Source of the DNA: Thermodesulfobacteriota bacterium
GTDB taxonomy: Bacteria > Desulfobacterota > Desulfobulbia > Desulfobulbales > SURF-16
Assembly: GCA_039715015.1 (NCBI GenBank)
Contig: JBDLIE010000025.1
Span: forward strand, 1-38,947
Direction of reading: 5' to 3'
DNA length: 38,947 nt
A model generated the notes under the pieces. The model was given only the letters and a program-made list of their open reading frames with translations, was not told where the DNA came from and searched no databases. The position numbers and the translations under genes are program-made. Position 1 is the first letter of the stretch. The number at the start of each line of letters is the position of its first letter. Below, one piece after another: positions 30,371 through 38,947 of this stretch.

Positions 30371-31309
30371 TCAGGAGTTGTCCATCTTGTGCCAGGTCCT
30401 GATTTCACCATCTTCAAAAACAGCTACCTGGTTCTTGCCGTTGTTCTTGCTATGGTAAAGAGCCCAGTCTGCATTACTGATCAGAGTGTCTTTCGGCTCG
30501 CCAGGGATGAACTCCGCCACTCCGAAGCTGCAGGTGAGATTGCCCACCTTGTTGAAACGGTGGGACCTAATGCAACTTCTAACCTTTTCGGCCAGAGTGG
30601 CCCCTCCCTCTAATACTGTTTCCGGCAGCAAAATAGAAAATTCTTCGCCTCCCCACCTGGCAAATATATCACTTTCCCTGATAGTTTCTCTTGTAATGGC
30701 GGTCATCTCTTTAAGCACCTCGTCACCGATGAGGTGGCCGTGGGTGTCGTTGACGGACTTAAAATTGTCAATATCAAGGATGACCAGGGAGAGAGGTTTC
30801 TTATGACGACCTGCCTTTTTGACCTCGGCATTCAATAAATCATTAAACATCTTTCTGTTATAGCACATGGTGAGGGCGTCCGTAGTTGCCTGCTTTTCCA
30901 TGGCATGGAGCTGCTTGTCGATAATCGTCTTCGCCTCTAATAAAGGAGAGGTGTCATAGATGATAATGCTGATCTGTCCTTCTGTAAGAGGGGTGATCAC
31001 CACATCCTGCCGCATGTGAGTAAAGATCGATTTGGTGATTTTGTTGAGACGGATGGGGATAACGTATTTATCCACCAAGGAACTGGTAAAGGTGGATGAG
31101 TTGAGGGTTGAGGCAATTTTCACCTTTCTCTTGAGCTGGGTAAAATTGGCGTCTGGGAAAAGTTCTGTGAGGAAATGGTCCTGCGCCTCCTCCTTATTGA
31201 TGCCGGTGTGATAGGCAAGCCATTTATTCCAGAAGAGAACTTGCAGGTCCTTGTTGACGATCAGTATGCCATTTTCAATGGTGTCGAGGATGAATTTTGC
31301 GTCAGGCAT
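30371..31309 (-). CDS. PAS-GGDEF diguanylate cyclase
   Basis: N-terminal PAS-like region; TDALT..NR, DIDNFKSVNDTHGHLIGD, I-site RESD, active site GGEEF. Confidence 0.95.
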   Translation of the reverse strand: MPDAKFILDTIENGILIVNKDLQVLFWNKWLAYHTGINKEEAQDHFLTELFPDANFTQLKRKVKIASTLNSSTFTSSLVDKYVIPIRLNKITKSIFTHMRQDVVITPLTEGQISIIIYDTSPLLEAKTIIDKQLHAMEKQATTDALTMCYNRKMFNDLLNAEVKKAGRHKKPLSLVILDIDNFKSVNDTHGHLIGDEVLKEMTAITRETIRESDIFARWGGEEFSILLPETVLEGGATLAEKVRSCIRSHRFNKVGNLTCSFGVAEFIPGEPKDTLISNADWALYHSKNNGKNQVAVFEDGEIRTWHKMDNS

Positions 31310-31918
31310 TTAGATGTTTTCCATGAAATTCTCAAGAGCTGCTTGTAGCCAGTTGGACATCTCATCGCTAAACATAATAAAGAGTTTGCCATGGATTTCA
31401 ACCTCTCTAAACTCAAGCACAGTACTGATGACAATCACCTGGCTATAGGGGCTGTCCTGATTATCCTTTACCAGCTGTTTGCAGAGTTCTATGGCTGGCG
31501 GCGCAAAGGTCACGTCGGTACAGAGTAACTCCGCAAGCTTGCCGATGCAGGATGAACCAAGGATGTTGGCAATTTCCAGGATGCTTTGCTTGAGTTCATC
31601 ATCGCTGTAAATGGCCTCGTCATCCATCTCACCTTCCGCGAAGATGATACTCTGCATGTTGACAGCGCTGGCTGGGGCCATGGCAAAGACGATTTCTCCC
31701 TGGAATGCGCCCTTGAACTGCTGAGTGGTAGTATAGGTCTGCTGGTAGTCAAAATCTTTGAGGATGAATTCGTCTAGGTCCTGCAGGGGGATAAAGCTGA
31801 TGCTCGGGACATGGAGTGTGGCAAAATTGTCAAAGATATCGGCAATGGTAGCTGTGGCCGTACCAAAGGAAATGTTTATCAGCTCACTCAGGACGTCCTG
31901 AAGTTCTTCCTTCATCAT
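31310..31918 (-). CDS. CheC-like phosphatase
   Basis: Two E-x2-N motifs (SELINISFG, LEIANILG), each followed by a downstream Pro motif (LHVP, FAPP). Confidence 0.85.
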   Translation of the reverse strand: MMKEELQDVLSELINISFGTATATIADIFDNFATLHVPSISFIPLQDLDEFILKDFDYQQTYTTTQQFKGAFQGEIVFAMAPASAVNMQSIIFAEGEMDDEAIYSDDELKQSILEIANILGSSCIGKLAELLCTDVTFAPPAIELCKQLVKDNQDSPYSQVIVISTVLEFREVEIHGKLFIMFSDEMSNWLQAALENFMENI

Positions 31919-31921
31919 GGA

Positions 31922-32287
31922 TTATCCTCCAGAAAGAGCTGAGAAAATTTCCGCCAGCCGTTCTGCGCTTATGGGCTTAGCCTCAATACCGGTAGCCCCG
32001 AGATTGATCACCTTTTCCTTTGATTTTGCCTGGATATCAGCAGTGACAACATAGACTCGGGCATCACGATCAAACTCGCGAATGTGAGCCAGGGCCTCAA
32101 AACCATCCATCTCAGGCATGGTGAGATCCAGAAAGACGATATCTGCTTTCTGCTCTTTATAAAGACGCACCGCTTCAGTGCCGTTTGATCCTTCACGGAT
32201 GGTGGCATTCTCTTTAATAGCCGGCGGCAACCTTTTTTTGATCGTCATTCTCGATAATTTGGTGTCATCAACAATGAGAATATTCAT
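31922..32287 (-). CDS. Single-domain response regulator (CheY-like)
   Basis: ILIVDD, FLDLTMPEMDG, VTADIQ, AKP. Confidence 0.93.
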   Translation of the reverse strand: MNILIVDDTKLSRMTIKKRLPPAIKENATIREGSNGTEAVRLYKEQKADIVFLDLTMPEMDGFEALAHIREFDRDARVYVVTADIQAKSKEKVINLGATGIEAKPISAERLAEIFSALSGG

Positions 32288-32512
32288 GGCGTGTTCCCTC
32301 TATAACGTTCATTTCCGGTCCCTCGGAAATTATTTTAACAGCTTATCTGGAAAATATGTATATAAACGTTAAGCTTTTCATGTCTTGGCAGCAATCGAAG
32401 AATAAAGGGAATAAAGGGAGGGAGAGGTGTGTCTAATGAGCATTAATCACGGGCTTTGTTGCACGAGGCAGGTCCGGATTTTCCTAGCTCACAAGTAACC
32501 AAGGAGACCGCC

Positions 32513-32746
32513 ATGAAAGTTAAAATAAAGCATTTCGGATCAACAGTTCTGCTTCTTGCAGCACTAGCGTTTATTACAACCGCCTGCACCACCCCAGGTG
32601 GAACCGCTGATAAGGAGACTCTCTATAAGCGCATGCCAGCCACTGAGCATCAGAAAAAATTCCCCAGTGGTCATGATGGAACTACCGGCAAGGCCTGTTT
32701 CTATGACCGGGTGGAAGACGCCTACTTCTGCTCTTTTAGTCATTAG
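32513..32746 (+). CDS. Small putative lipoprotein (77 aa)
   Basis: AAGGAG SD; basic N-terminus, hydrophobic core and ITTA-C lipobox-like site. Confidence 0.75.
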   Translation: MKVKIKHFGSTVLLLAALAFITTACTTPGGTADKETLYKRMPATEHQKKFPSGHDGTTGKACFYDRVEDAYFCSFSH

Positions 32747-32760
32747 CAGGGGCCTGCAGC

Positions 32761-32798
32761 CTTAAAAATATTGGCCTTTGACGGCCATCTTTTTTAAG
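32761..32798. terminator. Probable terminator hairpin between convergent genes
   Basis: CTTAAAAA-tat-TGGCC TTTGAC GGCCA-tct-TTTTTAAG imperfect inverted repeat. Confidence 0.5.
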
Positions 32799-32823
32799 CC
32801 AAAGGGCTTATCTGTTGTGATTG

Positions 32824-34719
32824 TCATCCGGGCAGGCAGGCAGGCAGGTAGACAGTGAATGTCGAACCTTTACCCTCTTCAGATCTGGCTCTGATAAAAC
32901 CGTCATGTTTGGTGATGATGGAGTGGGCAATGGAAAGCCCTAAACCAACACCTTTGGCGCTGTCTTTGGGCTTGGTGCTGAAGTAGGGATCAAATATTTT
33001 GGCAAGGTCTTTTTCAGCAATGCCGCAGCCATTATCCTTAATGGCAAACTCAATAAATTTATGGGGCGGCATGGAAAGGTCTTTCTGGTCGCCAAAGTCC
33101 TGGTTACGACAGGAAATTTCTATCTGGCCCTTGTTGGCCATGGCATCGCAGGCATTATCAACAAGGTTATGCACTACCTGTTCAATCTGTTTGATGTCCA
33201 CTTTGGCAGCCCAAAGATCAGCTGGGATATCATAGCTGCAGGTGACTGAGGCCGGCAGGTGATGCGCCAACGCGTTTTTAATCAGGGAAGAGAGGTCAAC
33301 AACTATCCCCATGGGACTCCCGCCCTCTGAAAAGGTGATGAGGTGTTGGGTAAGGGTTCTTGCCTGTAAAGAGGCTTTTTCTGCCGCCTGCAAAAAATCC
33401 TTGCCCTCAGAGGACAGGCCCTTGTCCAGGACCGTCATATTAATATTACCCAAAATAACAGTGAGTAGATTGTTGAAATCGTGAGCAATGCCGCCAGCCA
33501 ATATACCTATGGACTCCAGGCGTTGGGCCTTGAGCAACTCCTCGGCAATTTTTATGCGTTCCTTTACCTCTTGCTGAAGCTGCTCGTTGGTTTGCTCAAG
33601 GCGGGTGGTTCGTTCGTGAACAAGAAGCTCAAGCTCCTCCTCATGTTTTTTCAACTGCTCTTCAGCATTTTTCCGTGAATGTATCTCAATGTTAAGTTCA
33701 TTGTAGGTCTGCTGCAGGCGGCTCTCAAGGTTGTTGGCATAGGCAAAGAAAAGGCCAAAAATGAGGATGCCAAGCAAAAGACTGCCGGAGACGAATAGGA
33801 TGCTTAGAGTGCGGGAGGAGAGTTGGCTGGTGCAGTCACGCAGGGCGATGATTTCGCCAAGCTCTTTGTCCCGTGCATCACGAAGGGACACGAATCCACC
33901 CCGGTAATCTCTGCCGTCAATTGTGATTCTGAATATCAGATCTTTTTTGGCTTCGTGGGAAAGTTCCAGGTACTTAACAAGCTCTTTAGGCAGCCGGTTA
34001 AAGGTACTGTCAAGGATAATGTGCTTCTTGTCCTCATCCCAATTTCCTGTTTTGCCGGTCATCCATAGACCTTCTTCCCATTTCTGGCGGTCTAAGTGAA
34101 TTTTGCTAATCAGGAAAATGAGTTCCATGCCCAGGACTTCCTTAAACTTCCCGGTAAGGTTGGTGATGTCTCGACCAAGCTCTATATAGCCAACAAGTTC
34201 ATCGTTAATATACCAGGGGTGGACCGCCCGTAGTGTGAAGGTCCCGTATGGCCCCATCTCAAGGCCAACAGAGAAACGTCCTGTGCGCGCAGCCTCTTTA
34301 GCTGTGTAGCGGTCAATAAGGTCACCGTGCCGCTCCGGGTTGTGAACACGCAGGAGGCAGGTTCTGTCGGGCTTGATAAAGTAGAAGTGGCTTATGCCCC
34401 GATCAAGGATGGTATGAAAAAGGGGGAGGGCCGTCTGGTAAAGTTTTTCCCGAGACTGTGAAAGAAAGGCTTCTTGAAAACGTGGTTCCTCTTCCATGTG
34501 GTTGATGAGGGTTTGTAGCTCACTGGCATGGAGATCTGCCTGATGGTTAAAAAGCCTTTCAACAGTTTTAAGTTCAGAGAGAACATTTTTTTGAAGATAG
34601 TGATGCTCTAGATAGTAACCGGCAACACCAAAGAAGAGTAAGAGGGGGTAAAGGGTAAAACCAAGGAGTAAAAAGAAGGTTTTTTTGAGCTGGATTTTGT
34701 CTTTGTTAAAGAGAGGCAT
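32824..34719 (-). CDS. Membrane sensor histidine kinase (Cache-like periplasmic domain), no receiver domain
   Basis: Two TM segments; LAGGIAHDFNNLL, NLVDNA, DNGCG, FDPYFSTK, GLGLS. Confidence 0.92.
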   Translation of the reverse strand: MPLFNKDKIQLKKTFFLLLGFTLYPLLLFFGVAGYYLEHHYLQKNVLSELKTVERLFNHQADLHASELQTLINHMEEEPRFQEAFLSQSREKLYQTALPLFHTILDRGISHFYFIKPDRTCLLRVHNPERHGDLIDRYTAKEAARTGRFSVGLEMGPYGTFTLRAVHPWYINDELVGYIELGRDITNLTGKFKEVLGMELIFLISKIHLDRQKWEEGLWMTGKTGNWDEDKKHIILDSTFNRLPKELVKYLELSHEAKKDLIFRITIDGRDYRGGFVSLRDARDKELGEIIALRDCTSQLSSRTLSILFVSGSLLLGILIFGLFFAYANNLESRLQQTYNELNIEIHSRKNAEEQLKKHEEELELLVHERTTRLEQTNEQLQQEVKERIKIAEELLKAQRLESIGILAGGIAHDFNNLLTVILGNINMTVLDKGLSSEGKDFLQAAEKASLQARTLTQHLITFSEGGSPMGIVVDLSSLIKNALAHHLPASVTCSYDIPADLWAAKVDIKQIEQVVHNLVDNACDAMANKGQIEISCRNQDFGDQKDLSMPPHKFIEFAIKDNGCGIAEKDLAKIFDPYFSTKPKDSAKGVGLGLSIAHSIITKHDGFIRARSEEGKGSTFTVYLPACLPG

Positions 34720-34794
34720 CTTGGAAGGCGTATCCTTTGTTTACAATATGGTCGGTTGCCAGGTGAAAATACCTACGTTGTTGCCCAACAAATA

Positions 34795-34824
34795 CTTATA
34801 CCATTCTGGGCGATTTTAAGGCAA
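34795..34824 (-). promoter_or_regulatory. Putative sigma-70 promoter (extended -10) for the kinase
   Basis: Minus strand TTGCCT-18 nt-TATAAG, with TGn directly before the -10. Confidence 0.35.
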
Positions 34825-34856
34825 GAGCTTCTGGACCCCTCTGCGGAGAAATTTTT

Positions 34857-35501
34857 TTAAAAAGGCGGCCCTGAGGTGAAGAGCATTCTTTTTTTTGAAG
34901 CTGGATGAATAAAGGCGAGTTGGGTGGCATGGAGCATAAGTCTGTCCCCTTCCTTACCACTACCGTAGAGGGCGTCGCCGATGATGGGACATCTCAGTCC
35001 CAGCACGTGGGCGGCATGGAGCCGGAGCTGATGAGTACGGCCGGTAAGGGGATGGAATTCAAGGCGGCTTATGTTGTCTTGTGAGCTGATCAGCCGCCAT
35101 CGTGTGATTCCCATTTTCCCTTGAACAGGATCATAAATTTGATGGGGTCTGTTGTCCGGATCCAGCCGGAAGGCCAGGTGTATTTCTCCACCTGTCCCTG
35201 CAGGAACTCCCTCAACAAGGGCGATGTATTTTTTGTCCACCTGTCGTTTGGCAAATTGCTGTGAAAGGTGGGCATGGGCCTCCTTGGTCAAGGCCAGCGC
35301 CATGAGGCCGGAGGTCGCCATGTCCAGTCGGTGGGCAGCGGGTTGTGCTATGCAGGAGGAGATCGTATCCTTAAGGCGCTTTGTCACGCAGTCCTGTTTG
35401 TCGGGACCACGGCCAGGTACAGCCAAAAGGCCGCCTGGTTTGTTGACCACGACAATATGGCCATCGCGATAAAGGATATCAAGGCCGGGGGAGGTAATCA
35501 T
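34857..35501 (-). CDS. RluA-family pseudouridine synthase
   Basis: VVNKPGGLLAVPGRG, catalytic HRLDMATSG, KKYIALV, TGRTHQLRLH, IIGDALYG, LMLHA. Start moved to ATG 35501 (ATGA overlap). Confidence 0.95.
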   Translation of the reverse strand: MITSPGLDILYRDGHIVVVNKPGGLLAVPGRGPDKQDCVTKRLKDTISSCIAQPAAHRLDMATSGLMALALTKEAHAHLSQQFAKRQVDKKYIALVEGVPAGTGGEIHLAFRLDPDNRPHQIYDPVQGKMGITRWRLISSQDNISRLEFHPLTGRTHQLRLHAAHVLGLRCPIIGDALYGSGKEGDRLMLHATQLAFIHPASKKRMLFTSGPPF

Positions 35502-36277
35502 ATCAAGCTGTCCAGGCCGCAGAGGAGGAAGCCGAGGATGGGCTGGCATTTCCCGGCACAGGCGGGGTAAAAACAGCCATGCTGTTTGGTCTGGGAACGG
35601 TTTTCCCTTCCCAGGTAGAATTCACTGATCCCCAAAGGGACAAGCCCATGTTGGGCGGCGTAATTAAGGAGTTTGGGAGCACAACAGTCGCCAGTGCCGG
35701 TTGGCATACCGTTTGGGCCTAGAAAGACGTCGCAAAGATTTTTGGTTTCTCCCCTGAAATTTGTAAGGCGGTAGGTGGCATGGAGCTCCTTCATGAGCTG
35801 TTGGGATAGAGAGCGCCGTTTTTTTGTTAGCTCCTGGCGCTGGGGATCGTCGGCGGCAAGCAGTTTGATCTGCTGGCTCAGCTCTTTAACCTGCGGTTCG
35901 GTGGCACTGTTTACCTGCTGCCATTCATTCTCATCAAAGAGGGGAGGTACCCAGCCTTCCACCTGCCAGTGGCCGTTATACTGACCTGAGAAAGCGCGCA
36001 ATACCCCTAAAGAGCCGTCAGGAGCCTTGAATTCCAAGACCCCGAACATCTGGCCGCGGGCCGGGCCATAAAGATAGTCCAGGTTGAAAAGGGGGTTGGT
36101 TTTCTTGTCTGCTGCCGCAAGATCGATACATCCTCTTTCTTCAAGGGCAGCCATTAAGGTGAGGGCGTGCTTCCTGCTAGCGCCTTTTTTCAAAAAATGA
36201 TTTTTACCGCAGTGGCGGCAATATCCGCTGCAAACAGACGATGACGTGAGGGGAAATGGGGCAAGGGGAGAGGTCAT
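35498..36277 (-). CDS. Putative Zn-dependent cytidine deaminase-like protein matching the N-terminal part of long RluA/TrcP proteins
   Basis: GQMFGVL...LRAFSG....WVPP, PTGTGDCCAPKLLNYA, FYPACAGKCQPILGFLLCGL. Start taken at ATG 36277. Confidence 0.8.
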   Translation of the reverse strand: MTSPLAPFPLTSSSVCSGYCRHCGKNHFLKKGASRKHALTLMAALEERGCIDLAAADKKTNPLFNLDYLYGPARGQMFGVLEFKAPDGSLGVLRAFSGQYNGHWQVEGWVPPLFDENEWQQVNSATEPQVKELSQQIKLLAADDPQRQELTKKRRSLSQQLMKELHATYRLTNFRGETKNLCDVFLGPNGMPTGTGDCCAPKLLNYAAQHGLVPLGISEFYLGRENRSQTKQHGCFYPACAGKCQPILGFLLCGLDSLI

Positions 36278-36331
36278 GTAGTCTTTGTTTCTGGCAGGAT
36301 GATAAGGAGAACAGGGGACGATGGTACTCAG

Positions 36332-36377
36332 AAAAAAGAAGGCCCGCAACGTCAGAACGTTGCAGGCCTTCTTTTTT
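36332..36377 (-). terminator. Intrinsic terminator of the membrane protein-vWA operon
   Basis: Minus strand AAAAAAGAAGGCC-T-GCAACGT TCTG ACGTTGC-G-GGCCTTCTTTTTT; the U-G pair forms only on the minus strand. Confidence 0.88.
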
Positions 36378-36400
36378 GGGCAATAGGGTTTGAGAAACGA

Positions 36401-37078
36401 TTAGCGGCCGAGGATGGGCTCCAGCCGTTCCAAATCATTAATAATAAGCCACTCTCCACCGCCGCTTTCTACCTTAAGCCGCCACTCGTTGAGGCGGTCC
36501 AGGTATTCACGGGGGTCCTTGATGTCGGTGCGGAGTTTAGTGACATTAAGGGCGATGACCTGGAAATTTTCCAGGGGAATCTGGAAGTCACGGACATGGC
36601 CTTCGGCCAGTTCTTCTTCCATGTCAGAGAAAATGAGAATCTTCTTTTTGCCGGCTTTGGTTTCTGTGAGCCACTCCACGGCCTGAAGCATGCCGCCGGA
36701 GATATCGGTGTAAGGGCTCTTCCTAACGTTAGTTATAAAATCGTCCACCTTGTCGGCAAAGACCCTTTTCTGGTTTGTGGCCACAGAAGGACGTTTGTCA
36801 AAGGTAACCTTGTGGATGATATCTTTTTCACTGAAGCTGCCGCTGTCGATACGGGCCACGGCAAAGGAGTCGCCTGGATTCAGGGAGCCAAGAAGATAGT
36901 TAATGATGCCCTGGGCCTTTTTAAGCTCAAGGGCATAGGTCCCGGAGGTGTCCATGAGCATGTATACCCCTGAGGTATGGCCTGCGGGTTCCTTGGAACC
37001 ATTGCCGCAGCCACTGACCGTCAGGAGGGCAAAGAGGGCAACAAGCTGGAGGGCGAAAGAAATTTTTATTTTATTCAT
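36401..37078 (-). CDS. vWA-domain lipoprotein
   Basis: Lipobox VSG-C; MIDAS-like DTSGT, YTDI, ILIFSDM; GGAG SD. Confidence 0.85.
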   Translation of the reverse strand: MNKIKISFALQLVALFALLTVSGCGNGSKEPAGHTSGVYMLMDTSGTYALELKKAQGIINYLLGSLNPGDSFAVARIDSGSFSEKDIIHKVTFDKRPSVATNQKRVFADKVDDFITNVRKSPYTDISGGMLQAVEWLTETKAGKKKILIFSDMEEELAEGHVRDFQIPLENFQVIALNVTKLRTDIKDPREYLDRLNEWRLKVESGGGEWLIINDLERLEPILGR

Positions 37079-37133
37079 GATAATAAGTTTCTCCTAAAAA
37101 AGAATAATGGCCACCGTGATGTTCTCGGTATCT

Positions 37134-38606
37134 TTAGACAGCTCCTGCTTCTTTTGGGCCGCTACTCTTGGTTTTTTTTACTTTTTTGTTTTTGGGCATT
37201 ATTTCTTTATTGCCAATCGATTTGACTTTTCTCTCAAACCAGAGGGGGAGAAAGATAATAAGGTCGTACAATGCCACCAACACAGAACCCAGGTAATAGA
37301 CGAGATTGGCAACCAGGCGGATCACGGCAGCTATGGCCCGCATGAGAAGCTCAAGTCCGTAGCCGAGAACCGTCCGGGCTGAGTGGACAAAGGACTCAAA
37401 AGGAATGATGGCAAAGGTCAAGGCAAAGGGCAGAATGAAGCCAAGCACCATCTGGGAGGCAGTGGGGATAATGCTGCGTGCCACCTCCATGGTTTCGCCG
37501 CTGCCCATCAGCAAGGATTGCCGCAGGGCCTCGTTGTTTGCCGCGATAAGGTCGCGCATATAGGCCAAGGCAGATTCAATACCGGCAAAGGTGAAGAGAA
37601 AGCCCACCGCAACATAGGCGATAAAACGCCGTTGTTTGTCGTCCAGGCTGCCGATCAATGGGAAGAGTTTGGTGATTCGCAACGCCTCCATCAAGGCCAT
37701 TCCGGCAAAGGTCTCAATGAGGATGAAAACCAGAGCCGCAATCTCATTAACCGGATAGGCTCCGATATAGGAACCGCCACCCACCATTTCCGACATGGGC
37801 AGGGAGATGAGGTGGAAGTTGACGACAATACCGCCAATGGCAACCATGACCCAGAAACCATCGATGAAAAATTGGGTCAGGGAAGAAGAGTGCAGTGTAA
37901 TGACTGCCTTGTCCGAGCCGTTCCTGATCTCTTCATACTCTTCCATCTTTTGGTCAATGACCTTGGCCCGTTCCTGGAGTCCGGTGACGGTGCTGCCCAC
38001 CTCTTCGAGAACCTTGGCCAGCCGGCGCCAGTACGGCATCATGCTGCCGAGGATCTTGTGACGCGCGCTGGTGCTTTTCCAGTAAGCATCCATGGCCTTT
38101 TTTTGCTGCTTGACGATGGTAGTGTGGACATCTTTAAGGATGGCGCCCACCATATTGTCGTTGCCGCTTTTTTGGGCCAGACCAGCAACCGCCTCCACAG
38201 CATTAACCCAGACCGGTGGCGTGGGTGGTACCTCGGTGCTTTCAGTATAGTCCTGGTCTATGCGGGTAATTTCTTCAGAAAGTTTGCGGTGCAGAGATGG
38301 ATAACCCTGCATGTCACGATCGACGACCTTGTCGACTCGCTGAAATTCTCTTTCAATTTCGCGTTCAACATTGAGTAAGCCCTCGGCCAAAAGGACTTCT
38401 CTGTTGCGGGTGATAAGGCGTTTTTCAGCTCTTAACACAGAAAAAGAGGCCAGACGCAGGCCGTTTCTGATCACCCGGCAAAAAGAGCGAATGCTGGTAT
38501 GAGCAGGCTCACGGGCAAAGTAGAGTAGTACAATGACCGCAAGAATGGAAAGAATTAAAACTGACGGATTACTTGTTGGCCAAAAACTGCTAGTTGGTGA
38601 TGACAC
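37134..38606 (-). CDS. Hypothetical multi-pass membrane protein with long helical soluble region
   Basis: GTG start after AGGAGG; one N-terminal TM, about 210 aa helical/coiled-coil-like region, then 5-6 TM segments and a basic tail. Confidence 0.85.
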   Translation of the reverse strand: MSSPTSSFWPTSNPSVLILSILAVIVLLYFAREPAHTSIRSFCRVIRNGLRLASFSVLRAEKRLITRNREVLLAEGLLNVEREIEREFQRVDKVVDRDMQGYPSLHRKLSEEITRIDQDYTESTEVPPTPPVWVNAVEAVAGLAQKSGNDNMVGAILKDVHTTIVKQQKKAMDAYWKSTSARHKILGSMMPYWRRLAKVLEEVGSTVTGLQERAKVIDQKMEEYEEIRNGSDKAVITLHSSSLTQFFIDGFWVMVAIGGIVVNFHLISLPMSEMVGGGSYIGAYPVNEIAALVFILIETFAGMALMEALRITKLFPLIGSLDDKQRRFIAYVAVGFLFTFAGIESALAYMRDLIAANNEALRQSLLMGSGETMEVARSIIPTASQMVLGFILPFALTFAIIPFESFVHSARTVLGYGLELLMRAIAAVIRLVANLVYYLGSVLVALYDLIIFLPLWFERKVKSIGNKEIMPKNKKVKKTKSSGPKEAGAV

Positions 38607-38947
38607 TTGATCTCCTCCTATTTTTTTTGAGCCCCCTAAAGCGAGTTGGCCTCTGAATCAAACAGAAGGCAACCTTGTTATTTTAGATGCTCGGGAAAAG
38701 AACATCAACTGAAAAAAAAGCAATAAGTTATCGGAATTGTTCTGAAGTAGGGTCCTCTCTGCCTTTACCGGCTATTTACAAGTCGTCGATTTTAATGAAA
38801 AATGAGCATGGGGCATTTTCGGGCCGGGTTTTGGCCTGCAGTTGACGCTGTGGCCTTTTTTCCCTGATACGGCTTGAGTTAACAATGATCACAGGTCTGC
38901 TTGCCGACAAGCAGAGGAGCATGGCGAAGATGAATTTGCTTACCCCC

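Noticed and set aside
38896..38947. Hairpin TCTGCTTG-CCGA-CAAGCAGA next to GAGGAG and a possible gene start (ATG 38921 or 38930)
   Set aside because: Only a few codons lie inside the window, so it cannot be supported as a CDS or regulatory element.

Overview
This is a gene-dense, largely housekeeping bacterial chromosome segment. Gene content (multiheme cytochrome, many signalling proteins, sigma-54 activator) is consistent with a Desulfobacterota-like anaerobe; that taxonomy is inference. In order, the window holds: the 5'-truncated end of a 12-heme, OTR-like cytochrome c with N-terminal Cys/Asp repeats; a minus-strand run of hypothetical, DinG/YoaA helicase, polyprenyl synthase, divergent polysaccharide deacetylase and DUF62 SAM hydrolase; a PpiC isomerase and a stand-alone GlmU-like acetyltransferase; lon-mltG; a Cache hybrid kinase plus a PAS protein; radical SAM plus an Rne/Rng ribonuclease; ilvD, lptD, a DHH protein, mltB and an NtrB/NtrC-type pair; a CheY-CheC-PAS/GGDEF module; an orphan kinase; a two-gene unit resembling a split TrcP (tRNA C-to-pseudouridine editor); and a membrane protein plus vWA lipoprotein pair. 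I saw no rRNA, tRNA, CRISPR array, transposase or integrase. The best leads are the split deaminase-like/pseudouridine synthase pair (34857-36277), the composite cytochrome (2-1930), the vWA-lipoprotein module (36401-38606) and the CheY/CheC/diguanylate cyclase module. All family calls come from motif recognition by eye, not database searches.
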